This document shows, piece by piece, positions 55,854-64,000 of a stretch of DNA of 64,000 bases (position 1 is the first letter of the stretch; each line of letters opens with the position of its first letter). The stretch lies in contig DATEPB010000058.1 in NCBI GenBank assembly GCA_035273425.1, positions 44,590-108,589 on the forward strand. Direction: 5' to 3'. The position numbers were made by a program, and so were the translations under genes. This DNA is from Pyrinomonadaceae bacterium. Its GTDB lineage: Bacteria; Acidobacteriota; Blastocatellia; Pyrinomonadales; Pyrinomonadaceae. The notes beneath the pieces are model-generated. The model saw only the letters and a program-made list of their open reading frames with translations, ran no database searches and had not been told where the DNA came from.

Positions 55854-56261
55854 TTACGATTCACGACTTGTTCTCACATTTCTCCGGCACTTTGCATTCA
55901 GCTGTGCGCCTTCCTCAACGGTCAACCCGGGTGAGTTGAGGACTCCACTGACATTCGCCGTTGGCCCTAGCACAAGTTCTTCGCTGGCGTGAATGTCTCC
56001 CTCAACGGTCCCGTTTATTTTCGCGACCGCAACCTCGACCACGGCCCCGGTAAGTTGTGCGCCGTTACTTACGATCAGCGTGCCGGCGGGAGAACTGACG
56101 CGCCCCGAAAAGTGTCCATCGATTCGCAACATCGATTTGAAGTGCACTTCACCGGTAAAGCTTGTGACATCACCTATGAAGCCAAGCCAATTGTCTTTGG
56201 GGATGTTAATTCGCCGGGCACGTTCTTCGGTTTTCGCAACTGCCTGACCACTCATTGGCAT
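55854..56261 (-). CDS. Bactofilin-family cytoskeletal protein
   Basis: Repetitive beta-helix pattern (VHFKSMLRIDGHFSGRV...GTVEGDIHA...). The start was set at ATG 56261. Confidence 0.7.
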   Translation of the reverse strand: MPMSGQAVAKTEERARRINIPKDNWLGFIGDVTSFTGEVHFKSMLRIDGHFSGRVSSPAGTLIVSNGAQLTGAVVEVAVAKINGTVEGDIHASEELVLGPTANVSGVLNSPGLTVEEGAQLNAKCRRNVRTSRES

Positions 56262-56767
56262 AGTTGTTACCTTTTCGATTTGAACTGTTAGGAGAATTGG
56301 AGACTCGCGACGTCTGCCGCTGCGCATCGGGGAAGGAAAATTCCTTGTACGCGCACTATAACACCAGTGTTGGGACTAACGTTGTTACGATTGCATTGCC
56401 GTTCTAAGACACGATCGATCGCTAAGGTGTGCGAGTTACATGAAGTTAGTATCTTTAATCGAGGCGACTCTTGGCAGGCAGGCAGAATGCTGCTGAGTCC
56501 TGCTATGTTCGCGATTAATTGGTTCTTACATTCTGCTGTTTAGACTTGGTGCAATCCATCGAGGAAAATACCCGAGCGCTGTGACCCTTTCCCCTTCCAA
56601 AATACGCGTGATCAGGTAGCGGCGTTGCTATAGAATACGTTCCCGAACAGCCAGATTGGGCCCGACTCTTGTAACTCGCCAGGAATGCCATTCAGTCATT
56701 GCAAACCGCAGTTTGCTTCATGAAGAGGCTGCCGAAAACCGGAGGCCTCCCCAGAAAGGATAAGTCG

Positions 56768-58474
56768 ATGAAATTTCCACGACTCATTTTTGCGGCCCTC
56801 GTTGCTTGTCTCTTTTCAGTATCAAGTCAACAAACCATATCCGCGCAGGACAAGAAATCACCGCAAGGCCACGTTCACTACAAAGAACCAGCTACACCGG
56901 GGGTTTCGCCGACGGGCGCCCTCGCACCACGACTGCAAAAGCTTGGAGCCCACACTTTCCCTGTTTCAACCAAAAACCGGCAGGCGCAGCTCTTCATGAA
57001 CCAGGGGCTAAATCTCTCATACGCGTTCAATCACGCTGAAGCGGGGCGCGCTTATCGCGAAGCAGCGCGACTCGATCCGAAGCTGGCGATGGCGTACTGG
57101 GGCGAAGCACTCGCGCTCGGACCGAACATCAACGCTCCGATGGATCCTGCAAACGAGCCGAAGGCGGTCGAAGTTATTCAAAAAGCCGTTGCCCTAAAAG
57201 CAAAAGCTACACCGCGCGAACGAGCCCTAATCGATGCGTTGGTTCACCGATATTCGGGCAAGGCGGAAGATCGCAAAGCGCGCGACGCCGCTTATGCCGA
57301 CGCTATGCGCAAAGTGCATCTCCAATTCCCGGATGACCAGGACATCGCAATGCTCTACGTTGAATCCGTGATGGACTTGCGGCCCTGGGGTTACTGGACG
57401 CGTGATGGCACGCCTTATGATCGCACTACAGAAATCGTCGGACTCACTGAAAAAGTGATGGCCCGTAATCCTAAACACCCAGGTGCGCTGCATCTTTACA
57501 TCCACCTGATGGAAGCTTATGAGCCGTTCAAGGCTGAACCCGCAGCTGATCGCCTTCTCACGCTCATGCCGGCCGCCGGTCACATGGTCCACATGCCGGC
57601 GCATATCTATCAACGCGTGGGCCGATATGCAGACGCCGCCCGCAGCAATGAGCTGGCGATCGCCGCCGATGAAGACTACATATCGCAGTGCAACGCGCAG
57701 GGCCTCTATCCAATGGCCTACTACCCGCATAACCTGCACTTCCTCTGGTTCGCCGCCACCGCTGATGGCCGCAGCAAGCTGGCAATCGAAAACGCACGGA
57801 AGACGGCGTCTCGAGTGGATGATGAAACTTTGAAAGCGGCTCCTTTGCTCGCAGGCTTTCGCGTAATTCCCTACCTGGCCTTAACGCGTTTCGCCAAGTG
57901 GGACGAGATGTTGAAAGAGCCTGAGCCGCCTGCAACCAGCGCGTACATGCGCGGCACGTGGCATTACGCGCGCGGCACAGCCTTCCTCGGCAAAGGTCAA
58001 ACGAGCGAAGCGGAGGGGGAGTTGGGAAAGTTGAACGAGATCATGAAAGACGCCTCGCTCGACCAGCCGTTGTTCTCCCCAAACACCGGTCGCGCGATCC
58101 TTTCAATCGCGCAGGAAGTTCTGGGCGGCGAGATTGCCGCCGCAAAAAAGGATTTCAACCAAGCCGTGTTGAGTCTTGAACGCGCGGTTCGGTTGGAAGA
58201 CGCTTTGGTTTACACCGAGCCTTCGGAGTTTCACTATCCACCGCGTCACGCACTGGGTGCAGTGCTCCTGGCTGCGAACCGCGCGCCTGAAGCGGAAACT
58301 GTTTACTGGGAAGACCTGCGCCGCAATCGTGAAAACGGCTGGGCCCTGTATGGCTTGATGCAGGCTTTGAAAGCACAAGGCAAGACCGAGGATGCGGGAT
58401 TAGTCGAAGCCCGGTTTAAGAAGGCCTGGGCACGCGCAGATGTGCAACTTACTGCGTCGCGGTTTGGAAGGTAA
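56768..58474 (+). CDS. Secreted TPR-like repeat protein
   Basis: Signal peptide MKFPRLIFAALVACLFSVSSQQTISAQ and helical repeats (MAYWGEALALGPN...). Confidence 0.6.
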   Translation: MKFPRLIFAALVACLFSVSSQQTISAQDKKSPQGHVHYKEPATPGVSPTGALAPRLQKLGAHTFPVSTKNRQAQLFMNQGLNLSYAFNHAEAGRAYREAARLDPKLAMAYWGEALALGPNINAPMDPANEPKAVEVIQKAVALKAKATPRERALIDALVHRYSGKAEDRKARDAAYADAMRKVHLQFPDDQDIAMLYVESVMDLRPWGYWTRDGTPYDRTTEIVGLTEKVMARNPKHPGALHLYIHLMEAYEPFKAEPAADRLLTLMPAAGHMVHMPAHIYQRVGRYADAARSNELAIAADEDYISQCNAQGLYPMAYYPHNLHFLWFAATADGRSKLAIENARKTASRVDDETLKAAPLLAGFRVIPYLALTRFAKWDEMLKEPEPPATSAYMRGTWHYARGTAFLGKGQTSEAEGELGKLNEIMKDASLDQPLFSPNTGRAILSIAQEVLGGEIAAAKKDFNQAVLSLERAVRLEDALVYTEPSEFHYPPRHALGAVLLAANRAPEAETVYWEDLRRNRENGWALYGLMQALKAQGKTEDAGLVEARFKKAWARADVQLTASRFGR

Positions 58475-58643
58475 GTGATCCATTGCGGCAGCGTTGAAGA
58501 GCTCTCGACATTTCCTATGCCGAAGGTTCTTAGCGTCGTTCGGCAAAATGGAGGGTCAGCAAAATCCTGAGAAGGGACGCATGGGTTTTTCCCCTGCGCT
58601 GCTGTGCAGAAAAAGTCCGATCCGTCTGACGCGAAGCGATTTC

Positions 58644-58785
58644 ATTAACACCGCGGCTTTAGCCCGGTGACCCGACAAGCAATACGACGATCTCAACCGT
58701 TTCAACGGTATTGACATACTTAACGCATCAACACCGAAGGTGTTAGTGTTGATGCGTTAAGTATGTTAGTGCCGTTTCAACGGTT
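58644..58785. repeat. Rearranged copy of the modular palindrome family
   Basis: CATTAACACCGCGGCTTTAGCCCGGTG (as at 6961) plus the palindrome AACCGTTTCAACGGTATTGACATACTTAACGCATCAACACCGAAGGTGTTAGTGTTGATGCGTTAAGTATGTTAGTGCCGTTTCAACGGTT. The mirror of the outer module is missing. Confidence 0.75.
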
Positions 58786-58862
58786 TCTCTTTAGCAACCC
58801 GTAAACCGTTCTATCATGAAAGAATCTCCCCGCGAGCCTTAATTCTAACGCTCCCGAAAAAA

Positions 58863-58891
58863 TTGACACCCTGTGGGTGTGGGTATATTGT
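58863..58891 (+). promoter_or_regulatory. Possible sigma70-like promoter (TTGACA-17 nt-TATTGT, or 15 nt-TATATT)
   Basis: Motif upstream of the 58965 operon. Sequence only. Confidence 0.3.
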
Positions 58892-58964
58892 TGCCGCGCT
58901 CAATTCTTCTCAAGGCTGACAAGATAACCTCATACCCTCTGTATTGAACTAAAAGGAGAGTCTC

Positions 58965-59975
58965 ATGGCACTTCTCGCGCGCTACGATACACCGGCGTCG
59001 TTAAGGGACATGCCTGCCGGATCGCCCTTCTTCGACAACTGGCATAACCATATTGCAATGCGACTGAATGCCAGCACCGTGGGCACCAACGGCGGAGAGT
59101 TTTACGATGCAACTCAAACCGATGTAAATATCCTCGGCGAACATGCGTTGGTCTGGATGGCGTTTCCGCGCCGGGTGCTGATGCCCAGACGCGACGACCC
59201 CACCGCGGCTTTCATCGAGGCGGATAGAACACCGGGCGGCGACTTTGGAAACCGGATGGTGCAAGACGAGTACTGCGAATGGCGTGTTGAGCGCAACCCA
59301 GCCGGAAAAATCACGAAGGTCACTTTTACCACTGAGCCGCCTGAATACTGGGAACATCTCTGGGCGGTTGATCGCGCTCGCGTTGTCGCCCTCTATCAGA
59401 CGTTTGTTAATCCAGCCGTCGTTGAAGCCGATCTACATCTCGGTGGCGTGTACCAGCGTCGCAACCGTTGGAACAATGCCGACGGCATCATGCACTTGAT
59501 GCAAACCATCAACACTCTCGATGCGGCACTAGGGCTTTCGCAGGGCAGTGCCACCACGCCGCAAGCGCAGTTTACCGGCATACCGGCGCCACCACCGCCG
59601 ATCCCGCCCGCGAGTGACAACTACCAAATGCCGAGCGTTGCTAATACTTCTGTCGACCCGCGCGTTACCTACGACGTCGCCGCACTCGTACGCAAACCCC
59701 TGTCGGTTACGTTGCGCGATCCTGTCGGCTTGTACATGACGGATTACGACGATATGGGTTGGACCAAGCCAGACGGTACGCCAGTGGATAACTACTGGAC
59801 CATCCTTCGCGGCAATCCAGGGCAGATCTTGCGGCTCCAATACGAGGTGCCACCGGGCGCTGGATTTGTCGTGGGCGACATTAGCATCGGTGGTCGAGCC
59901 ATCGAGTGGGGCGGGCAAATTGCTGAACACGTCACGGTATCGGTCGTCGGCGTTGCCGGAGTGAGGGCATCATGA
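58965..59975 (+). CDS. Hypothetical protein (no family recognised), translationally coupled to the DyP gene
   Basis: 336-aa ORF with AAGGAGAG RBS. It ends in ATGA, overlapping the next start. Confidence 0.6.
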   Translation: MALLARYDTPASLRDMPAGSPFFDNWHNHIAMRLNASTVGTNGGEFYDATQTDVNILGEHALVWMAFPRRVLMPRRDDPTAAFIEADRTPGGDFGNRMVQDEYCEWRVERNPAGKITKVTFTTEPPEYWEHLWAVDRARVVALYQTFVNPAVVEADLHLGGVYQRRNRWNNADGIMHLMQTINTLDAALGLSQGSATTPQAQFTGIPAPPPPIPPASDNYQMPSVANTSVDPRVTYDVAALVRKPLSVTLRDPVGLYMTDYDDMGWTKPDGTPVDNYWTILRGNPGQILRLQYEVPPGAGFVVGDISIGGRAIEWGGQIAEHVTVSVVGVAGVRAS

Positions 59976-61804
59976 AATCGAAAACGAAAACACCGGGCAA
60001 ACGGGTCACCCGCAAGCGGGTCGCGAAAAAGTCGGTCATAATCAAGCGGGACAATCTTGTACCGCTTGAACTTGCGATTAATTCGCGAGCCGTGACCTCC
60101 AAGTTCAACCTCGCACTCCAGGAGCTGGGAAAGTTTGAACCAAAGTTTCAGAGCGGCATACTTTTGCCCGCGCTCACCGGAGATCCCGGAGCCGAGATCC
60201 CCGGCGCTGAAGCGGAACCCGTGTACGGCCCCAAACAGCGAGCCACGATTCAGGGCAACACCATTCCAGGCTTCAACAAAGATCACCAGCACTTCCTCTT
60301 TTTCCGAATCCAAGACATCCCGCGAACGAAAAAGTGGCTTCGGTGGATCGCGCCGTGGATCTCGTCGATGGAAGACGTGCTGAGCTGGGTGCGCACATTT
60401 CGCGCGATGCGCCACCGGCTCGGAGCCGAGCCGCCGATGTGCGCCACGTGGGTGAACATTGCGTTTTCTTTTCGCGCGATTGAAGTGCTGGCCGGCAAAG
60501 CCGACGCCGCAGCCTTAAACGAACAGAGTTTTCGTCAGGGACTCGCCGCGCGATCCACATATCTTGGCGACCCGACGAGCCCTTCCCATCCCGGTCACAG
60601 AAAGAGGTGGGTGGTTGGTGGTCCAAAAAACGAAGCGGACGTTCTGGTGATTGTGGCCGCCGACGACTCGGACGATCTGGTGACCATGGTTGACGTCATC
60701 AAACGCCAGGCGGTCGCGGCTCGACTTCGTTTGATTTTTGAACAGCGTGGGGACACGTTGCCGGGCCCACTGCGAGGACATGAACACTTCGGCTTCAAAG
60801 ACGGTGTTTCGCAACCGGGCGTACGCGGCAAGGTTTCACCTGCGCCCGGCGATTTCATTACTCCGCGCTACATCGACCACACGGATGCGCGTGCGCGAAT
60901 CTTCGCCAAGCCGGGCCAGTTGCTCATTTGGCCGGGACAATTCCTGCTGGGCGAGCCGCGACAGGATCCGGAGCATCCATTCGCCTCCACGGCCGCTGCC
61001 CTGCCCGCGCCACCTCCGCCTGCTCCGCAGAATTTTCCGGCGTGGGCTGCACTCGGCTCTTACGTCGTATGCCGGCGCCTGCGTCAGGACGTGCCCGCTT
61101 TCTGGAAGTTTGCGGTTGCTGCGGCCGGAGTCCTGGGCATTGATCACGTAAAGTTTGCGTCGATGTTGGTTGGACGCTGGCCCAGCGGTGCGCCGGTCAT
61201 GCGCACACCCGCGGCGGACAACGCGGCTCTCGCCGGCGACGAGTGGGCCAACAACCATTTCATTTTCAACGACGGTACTCAGCCGATTCCTTTGCGTCCG
61301 ATTCCGGGTTATGGTGGCGACGCGTTTCCGCAAGCTGTCCAGGACATGCTCGCAACCGTTTGCCCGCACTTCGCGCACATTCGCAAAGCGAACCCGCGCG
61401 ACATCGCCACCGACCTTGGCAAACCACACGACAGCATGTTGCGCATGGTTCTGCGTCGCGGGATTCCGTTCGGTCCGCCCATCGCCGGCTTGAAGAAGCC
61501 GTCTCCGCAACTTCTCAAGAAAGAACGCGGGCTGATGTTCATTTGTTACGCCAGCACCATTGAAGATCAGTTTGAACTGCTGACGCGCCGGTGGGCGAAT
61601 TCCCCAGTGCAACCAAACTTTGGCGGTCACGATCCGATCATCGGGCAACGCGACGAACGTGGCGCGCGCACTCGTTTCATCGACTTTCCAACCGCAACTG
61701 GACTGCGCCGCATCAAGCTCAGCGATGAATGGGTGATTCCGACTGGCGGTGGCTATTTCTTTTCACCACCGATTGAGGCAATCGCGGGAGTGTTGGGAGC
61801 GTAA
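59972..61804 (+). CDS. Large Dyp-type peroxidase with basic N-terminal extension
   Basis: HEHFGFKDGVSQP (GxxDG block), FAHIRKANPRD (proximal His region) and GLMFICYASTIEDQFE. Confidence 0.8.
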   Translation: MKSKTKTPGKRVTRKRVAKKSVIIKRDNLVPLELAINSRAVTSKFNLALQELGKFEPKFQSGILLPALTGDPGAEIPGAEAEPVYGPKQRATIQGNTIPGFNKDHQHFLFFRIQDIPRTKKWLRWIAPWISSMEDVLSWVRTFRAMRHRLGAEPPMCATWVNIAFSFRAIEVLAGKADAAALNEQSFRQGLAARSTYLGDPTSPSHPGHRKRWVVGGPKNEADVLVIVAADDSDDLVTMVDVIKRQAVAARLRLIFEQRGDTLPGPLRGHEHFGFKDGVSQPGVRGKVSPAPGDFITPRYIDHTDARARIFAKPGQLLIWPGQFLLGEPRQDPEHPFASTAAALPAPPPPAPQNFPAWAALGSYVVCRRLRQDVPAFWKFAVAAAGVLGIDHVKFASMLVGRWPSGAPVMRTPAADNAALAGDEWANNHFIFNDGTQPIPLRPIPGYGGDAFPQAVQDMLATVCPHFAHIRKANPRDIATDLGKPHDSMLRMVLRRGIPFGPPIAGLKKPSPQLLKKERGLMFICYASTIEDQFELLTRRWANSPVQPNFGGHDPIIGQRDERGARTRFIDFPTATGLRRIKLSDEWVIPTGGGYFFSPPIEAIAGVLGA

Positions 61805-61903
61805 GGTTTCGCGGTTGAGAGCGTTGCAATCGTGAAAACGGACCGACCCATATGGCTTGGTTGCAGGCCTTGAAAGCGCAAGGTCGAAGACATTCGTTCC
61901 TAA

Positions 61904-62710
61904 TCACTCAAGTTTGATTGGTTTGACAAAACGAGTGCGTGCTAAGAAGTCATCTTCGGTGAGACCTTCTTCATTCATCTCACTAATGTTATCTAAGTCG
62001 GCACCGGTGAGTTCGTTGTAATACTCGACCCAATTGTTATAGATATCTTTCAAAAAAGCTAACGGCACATTTTCAAAGTGCTTCTTATCGCGGTAGAGAT
62101 TTACCCATAGACGGGATAGTGATTGGTCGTCCGGTCTTGTTGTGACGACGTTAACCGTTAGATAGACGGCCGTACTAATCGATTTGTAAATGGTTTCGTT
62201 ATCCAGAATGCTCGCGATAAACCGACTGGCATGACGCGGCTCAATAAAGTAATTACCGTCGCTTGCAATGAAAACCAATCCTTTGTAGTCAGGTAAATCC
62301 ATACTTAACTTGGTGGCTTTGATTTGCTTGTTCGCTTGTTCGAGATGGTACTTTACTGGACGCATATATAACTTAACTATATCTCTGTAGCATGTGTCGG
62401 GAAGCTGGTTAATCTTCGTCACTTGACTAAGTTGCTGCTCCGTAATGTAGCCTTTGTGCAGCCACTCATTCGTTTTTCTAGTTCGAGACTTAATGAAGTC
62501 CTTGTTCGTGAGTGGGTCTTCCTTTAATAACTTAAGTTCTGCTATTACTTTTGCATCGTGAAAAATGTAGTCAGCGTTTTTCGGTTTATCCGGTGCTTCA
62601 CCTAAGCGGTCCGAGACAATTCCGCCGTACTCTTCGACGAAGTCGGCAAAGGCAATTTCAACGTCAACAATCGGTATGAGCATACGATCTTGGTGATACT
62701 CTCCGGCCAC
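61904..62710 (-). CDS. AT-rich orphan protein, possible PD-(D/E)xK nuclease fold
   Basis: 268-aa ORF. FADFVEE ... NADYIF ... VIAELKLLK fits an E / D / ExK arrangement (weak inference). The start is uncertain (GTG 62710 or ATG 62683). Confidence 0.5.
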   Translation of the reverse strand: MAGEYHQDRMLIPIVDVEIAFADFVEEYGGIVSDRLGEAPDKPKNADYIFHDAKVIAELKLLKEDPLTNKDFIKSRTRKTNEWLHKGYITEQQLSQVTKINQLPDTCYRDIVKLYMRPVKYHLEQANKQIKATKLSMDLPDYKGLVFIASDGNYFIEPRHASRFIASILDNETIYKSISTAVYLTVNVVTTRPDDQSLSRLWVNLYRDKKHFENVPLAFLKDIYNNWVEYYNELTGADLDNISEMNEEGLTEDDFLARTRFVKPIKLE

Positions 62711-62809
62711 CCGCGATGATAACCACTGCCGAATCGATTACCGTTAGGAGAATTCCTCCGAAATTAGTCGCCCAATTATTGTAGTGCACCCCTGAAATGA
62801 CACAGAAAG

Positions 62810-63691
62810 TTAAGAAAGTATTAGTGGTGAAAGCGAGGCTTCAAACTCAGCCGGCGGCAGGTAGCCGATGGCCGAGTGAAGTCGCTTCCGATTATAGACC
62901 GCTTCAATGAAATGCTGGATCGAGGCCAACACTTCGGCGAGCGTTTCGTAGTCGTTCATGTAAACCTCTTCGTACTTGAGGGTGCGCATGAACCTTTCGG
63001 CCTTGGCGTTGTCATAAGGGTTGCCGGTGCGGCTCATGCTGATCTGGATCTGGTGTTCGAGCAAAAGGGCGACGTAATCGGCGGCCGCGTACTGCACCCC
63101 GCGATCGGAATGATGCATCAGCCCCGGTTCAATGGTGCGTGTTTGCAAAGCCATGCGTAAGGCCGCCAGCGTCAGTTGCGTGTCGATGTGACGAGAAAGC
63201 GCCCAGCCGATGCAGCGGCGACTATAAGCATCCAGGATCACGGCGAGATAGACGAACTCACGCCGCAGTCGGATGTAGGTAATGTCAGACACCCAGAGTT
63301 GATTGATGTTTGAAAGTTCCAACCCGCGCGCCAGGTTGGGATAGACCGTCAGCCGGTGATTAGAGTCGGTCGTAGGCACGAAGGCCTTCCGCCGCAAACA
63401 AAGCAGATTGTCTTCGCGCAGCAGCCGCAAAACGCGCTTATGATTGACTATCACCCCACGCCGGTGCAGTTCTGCGGTGATCGGCCGATAACCGTAAGAG
63501 CGCATCTCCAAAGCTACGTTCTGGATCTGTGCCCGTATTTCGACGTCGTCGTTGGACCAGGATGAATCAGGCGAATGCAAATGGCGAAAGATGGTCGACC
63601 GCGAGAGCCCGACCGCCTCGCCGAGCGATCTAATGGCTCGCTCGGCGGTCGGTCTCTCTGCTAGTTCCTTTTGCAGTAGTTCCATGATCAA
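62810..63691 (-). CDS. IS3 transposase OrfB (DDE integrase core)
   Basis: HSDRGVQYAA and GNPYDNAKAERF motifs. The frame is open upstream to the slippery site. Confidence 0.9.
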   Translation of the reverse strand: MIMELLQKELAERPTAERAIRSLGEAVGLSRSTIFRHLHSPDSSWSNDDVEIRAQIQNVALEMRSYGYRPITAELHRRGVIVNHKRVLRLLREDNLLCLRRKAFVPTTDSNHRLTVYPNLARGLELSNINQLWVSDITYIRLRREFVYLAVILDAYSRRCIGWALSRHIDTQLTLAALRMALQTRTIEPGLMHHSDRGVQYAAADYVALLLEHQIQISMSRTGNPYDNAKAERFMRTLKYEEVYMNDYETLAEVLASIQHFIEAVYNRKRLHSAIGYLPPAEFEASLSPLILS

Positions 63692-63714
63692 TTGCTGTGC
63701 TTGCCGCGGGCTGC

Positions 63715-64000
63715 TTAGCTCTCGGTTTCCAGCCTCTGCAAAAGCTTTTTTAAAAAGTCGTTCTCCATGGTGAGCCGGCCCACCATGCGCTCCAGCTCGT
63801 TGGTGCGGGCTTCGTCAGTGTAAGCGTGGCCACGACCGGCGAACGCGCGATCTTTATATTGTCGCAGTTCGCGGCGCCACTTTGAGATCGTGTTGTCGCT
63901 GATTTGATATTCGCGAGCTACTTGCGCCTGGCTCTTGCCGGCCTCGACCTCGCGTATGACCTGGAGCTTGAACTCGCGGGTGAATGTGCGGCGTTTGAGC
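63715..64000 (-). CDS. IS3 transposase OrfA (HTH), N-terminal few residues outside the window
   Basis: Hand translation: LKRRTFTREFKLQVIREVEAGKSQAQVAREYQISDNTISKWRREL...MENDFLKKLLQRLETES, with stop TAA at 63715-63717. Confidence 0.85.
   Translation of the reverse strand, partial: LKRRTFTREFKLQVIREVEAGKSQAQVAREYQISDNTISKWRRELRQYKDRAFAGRGHAYTDEARTNELERMVGRLTMENDFLKKLLQRLETES
63745..63751 (-). promoter_or_regulatory. Programmed -1 frameshift heptamer A AAA AAG
   Basis: In the orfA frame the sequence reads TT-A AAA AAG. A -1 slip reads KKAFAEAGNRELSSPRQAQQLIMELLQKE, joining the orfB frame. Confidence 0.7.

Larger units (their letters stand above)
62780..64000 (-). mobile_element. IS3-family insertion sequence, truncated by the window edge
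   Basis: orfA/orfB arrangement with an A6G frameshift site. The plausible terminus begins TGTAGTGCACC at 62780 (TG...CA rule). The other end is outside the window. Confidence 0.85.

Noticed and set aside
59792-61648. Minus-strand ORFs 59792..60415 and 60836..61648 and several plus-strand off-frame ORFs
   Set aside because: They overlap the DyP gene, whose frame carries the family motifs. The alternative frames are Arg-rich shadow ORFs.

Overview
Bacterial chromosomal window with about 50 protein genes, 2 tRNAs, a partial IS3-family element at the right edge, and an unusually dense set of intergenic palindromic repeats. Gene content and repeat style suggest a soil Acidobacteriota-like organism, but that is inference only. 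Layout: (i) 1-6.9 kb, minus-strand amino-sugar cluster (AGE-family epimerase, DegT aminotransferase, M20 amidohydrolase, CutC, SIS protein, BadF/GlcNAc-type kinase). (ii) 7.4-12.4 kb, class-V PLP enzyme plus glycogen genes glgB and GH57. (iii) 12.5-14.2 kb, CPA1 cation/proton antiporter fused to a rhodanese domain that is interrupted by an in-frame TGA at the catalytic-Cys position. (iv) 14.3-31 kb, mixed peptidase, acyltransferase, ATP-grasp, acyl-CoA ligase, TonB, DinB, PLP decarboxylase and APC permease genes. (v) 31-41 kb, murE, D-aminoacylase-like protein and a second amino-sugar group (HGSNAT-like, GH20, double-SIS). (vi) 41-55 kb, housekeeping block: tRNA-Leu, tig, clpP, a stand-alone ClpX-type zinc finger, clpX, lon, engB, rho, glgA, trxA, purA, tRNA-Lys. 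(vii) 55.8-64 kb, bactofilin, TPR protein, an unknown protein plus large DyP peroxidase operon, an AT-rich orphan gene, and IS3. Most notable observations: a candidate selenocysteine (or fresh pseudogene) in the antiporter-rhodanese fusion; a class of intergenic hairpins whose arms are tandem 7-9-mers, one of which carries an Avd/IVS-type four-helix-bundle ORF between a decarboxylase and its permease; and a free-standing ClpX zinc-binding-domain ORF between clpP and clpX. No CRISPR array, rRNA gene or recognisable multi-gene defence system was seen. All family assignments come from motif recognition in the translations, not from database searches.
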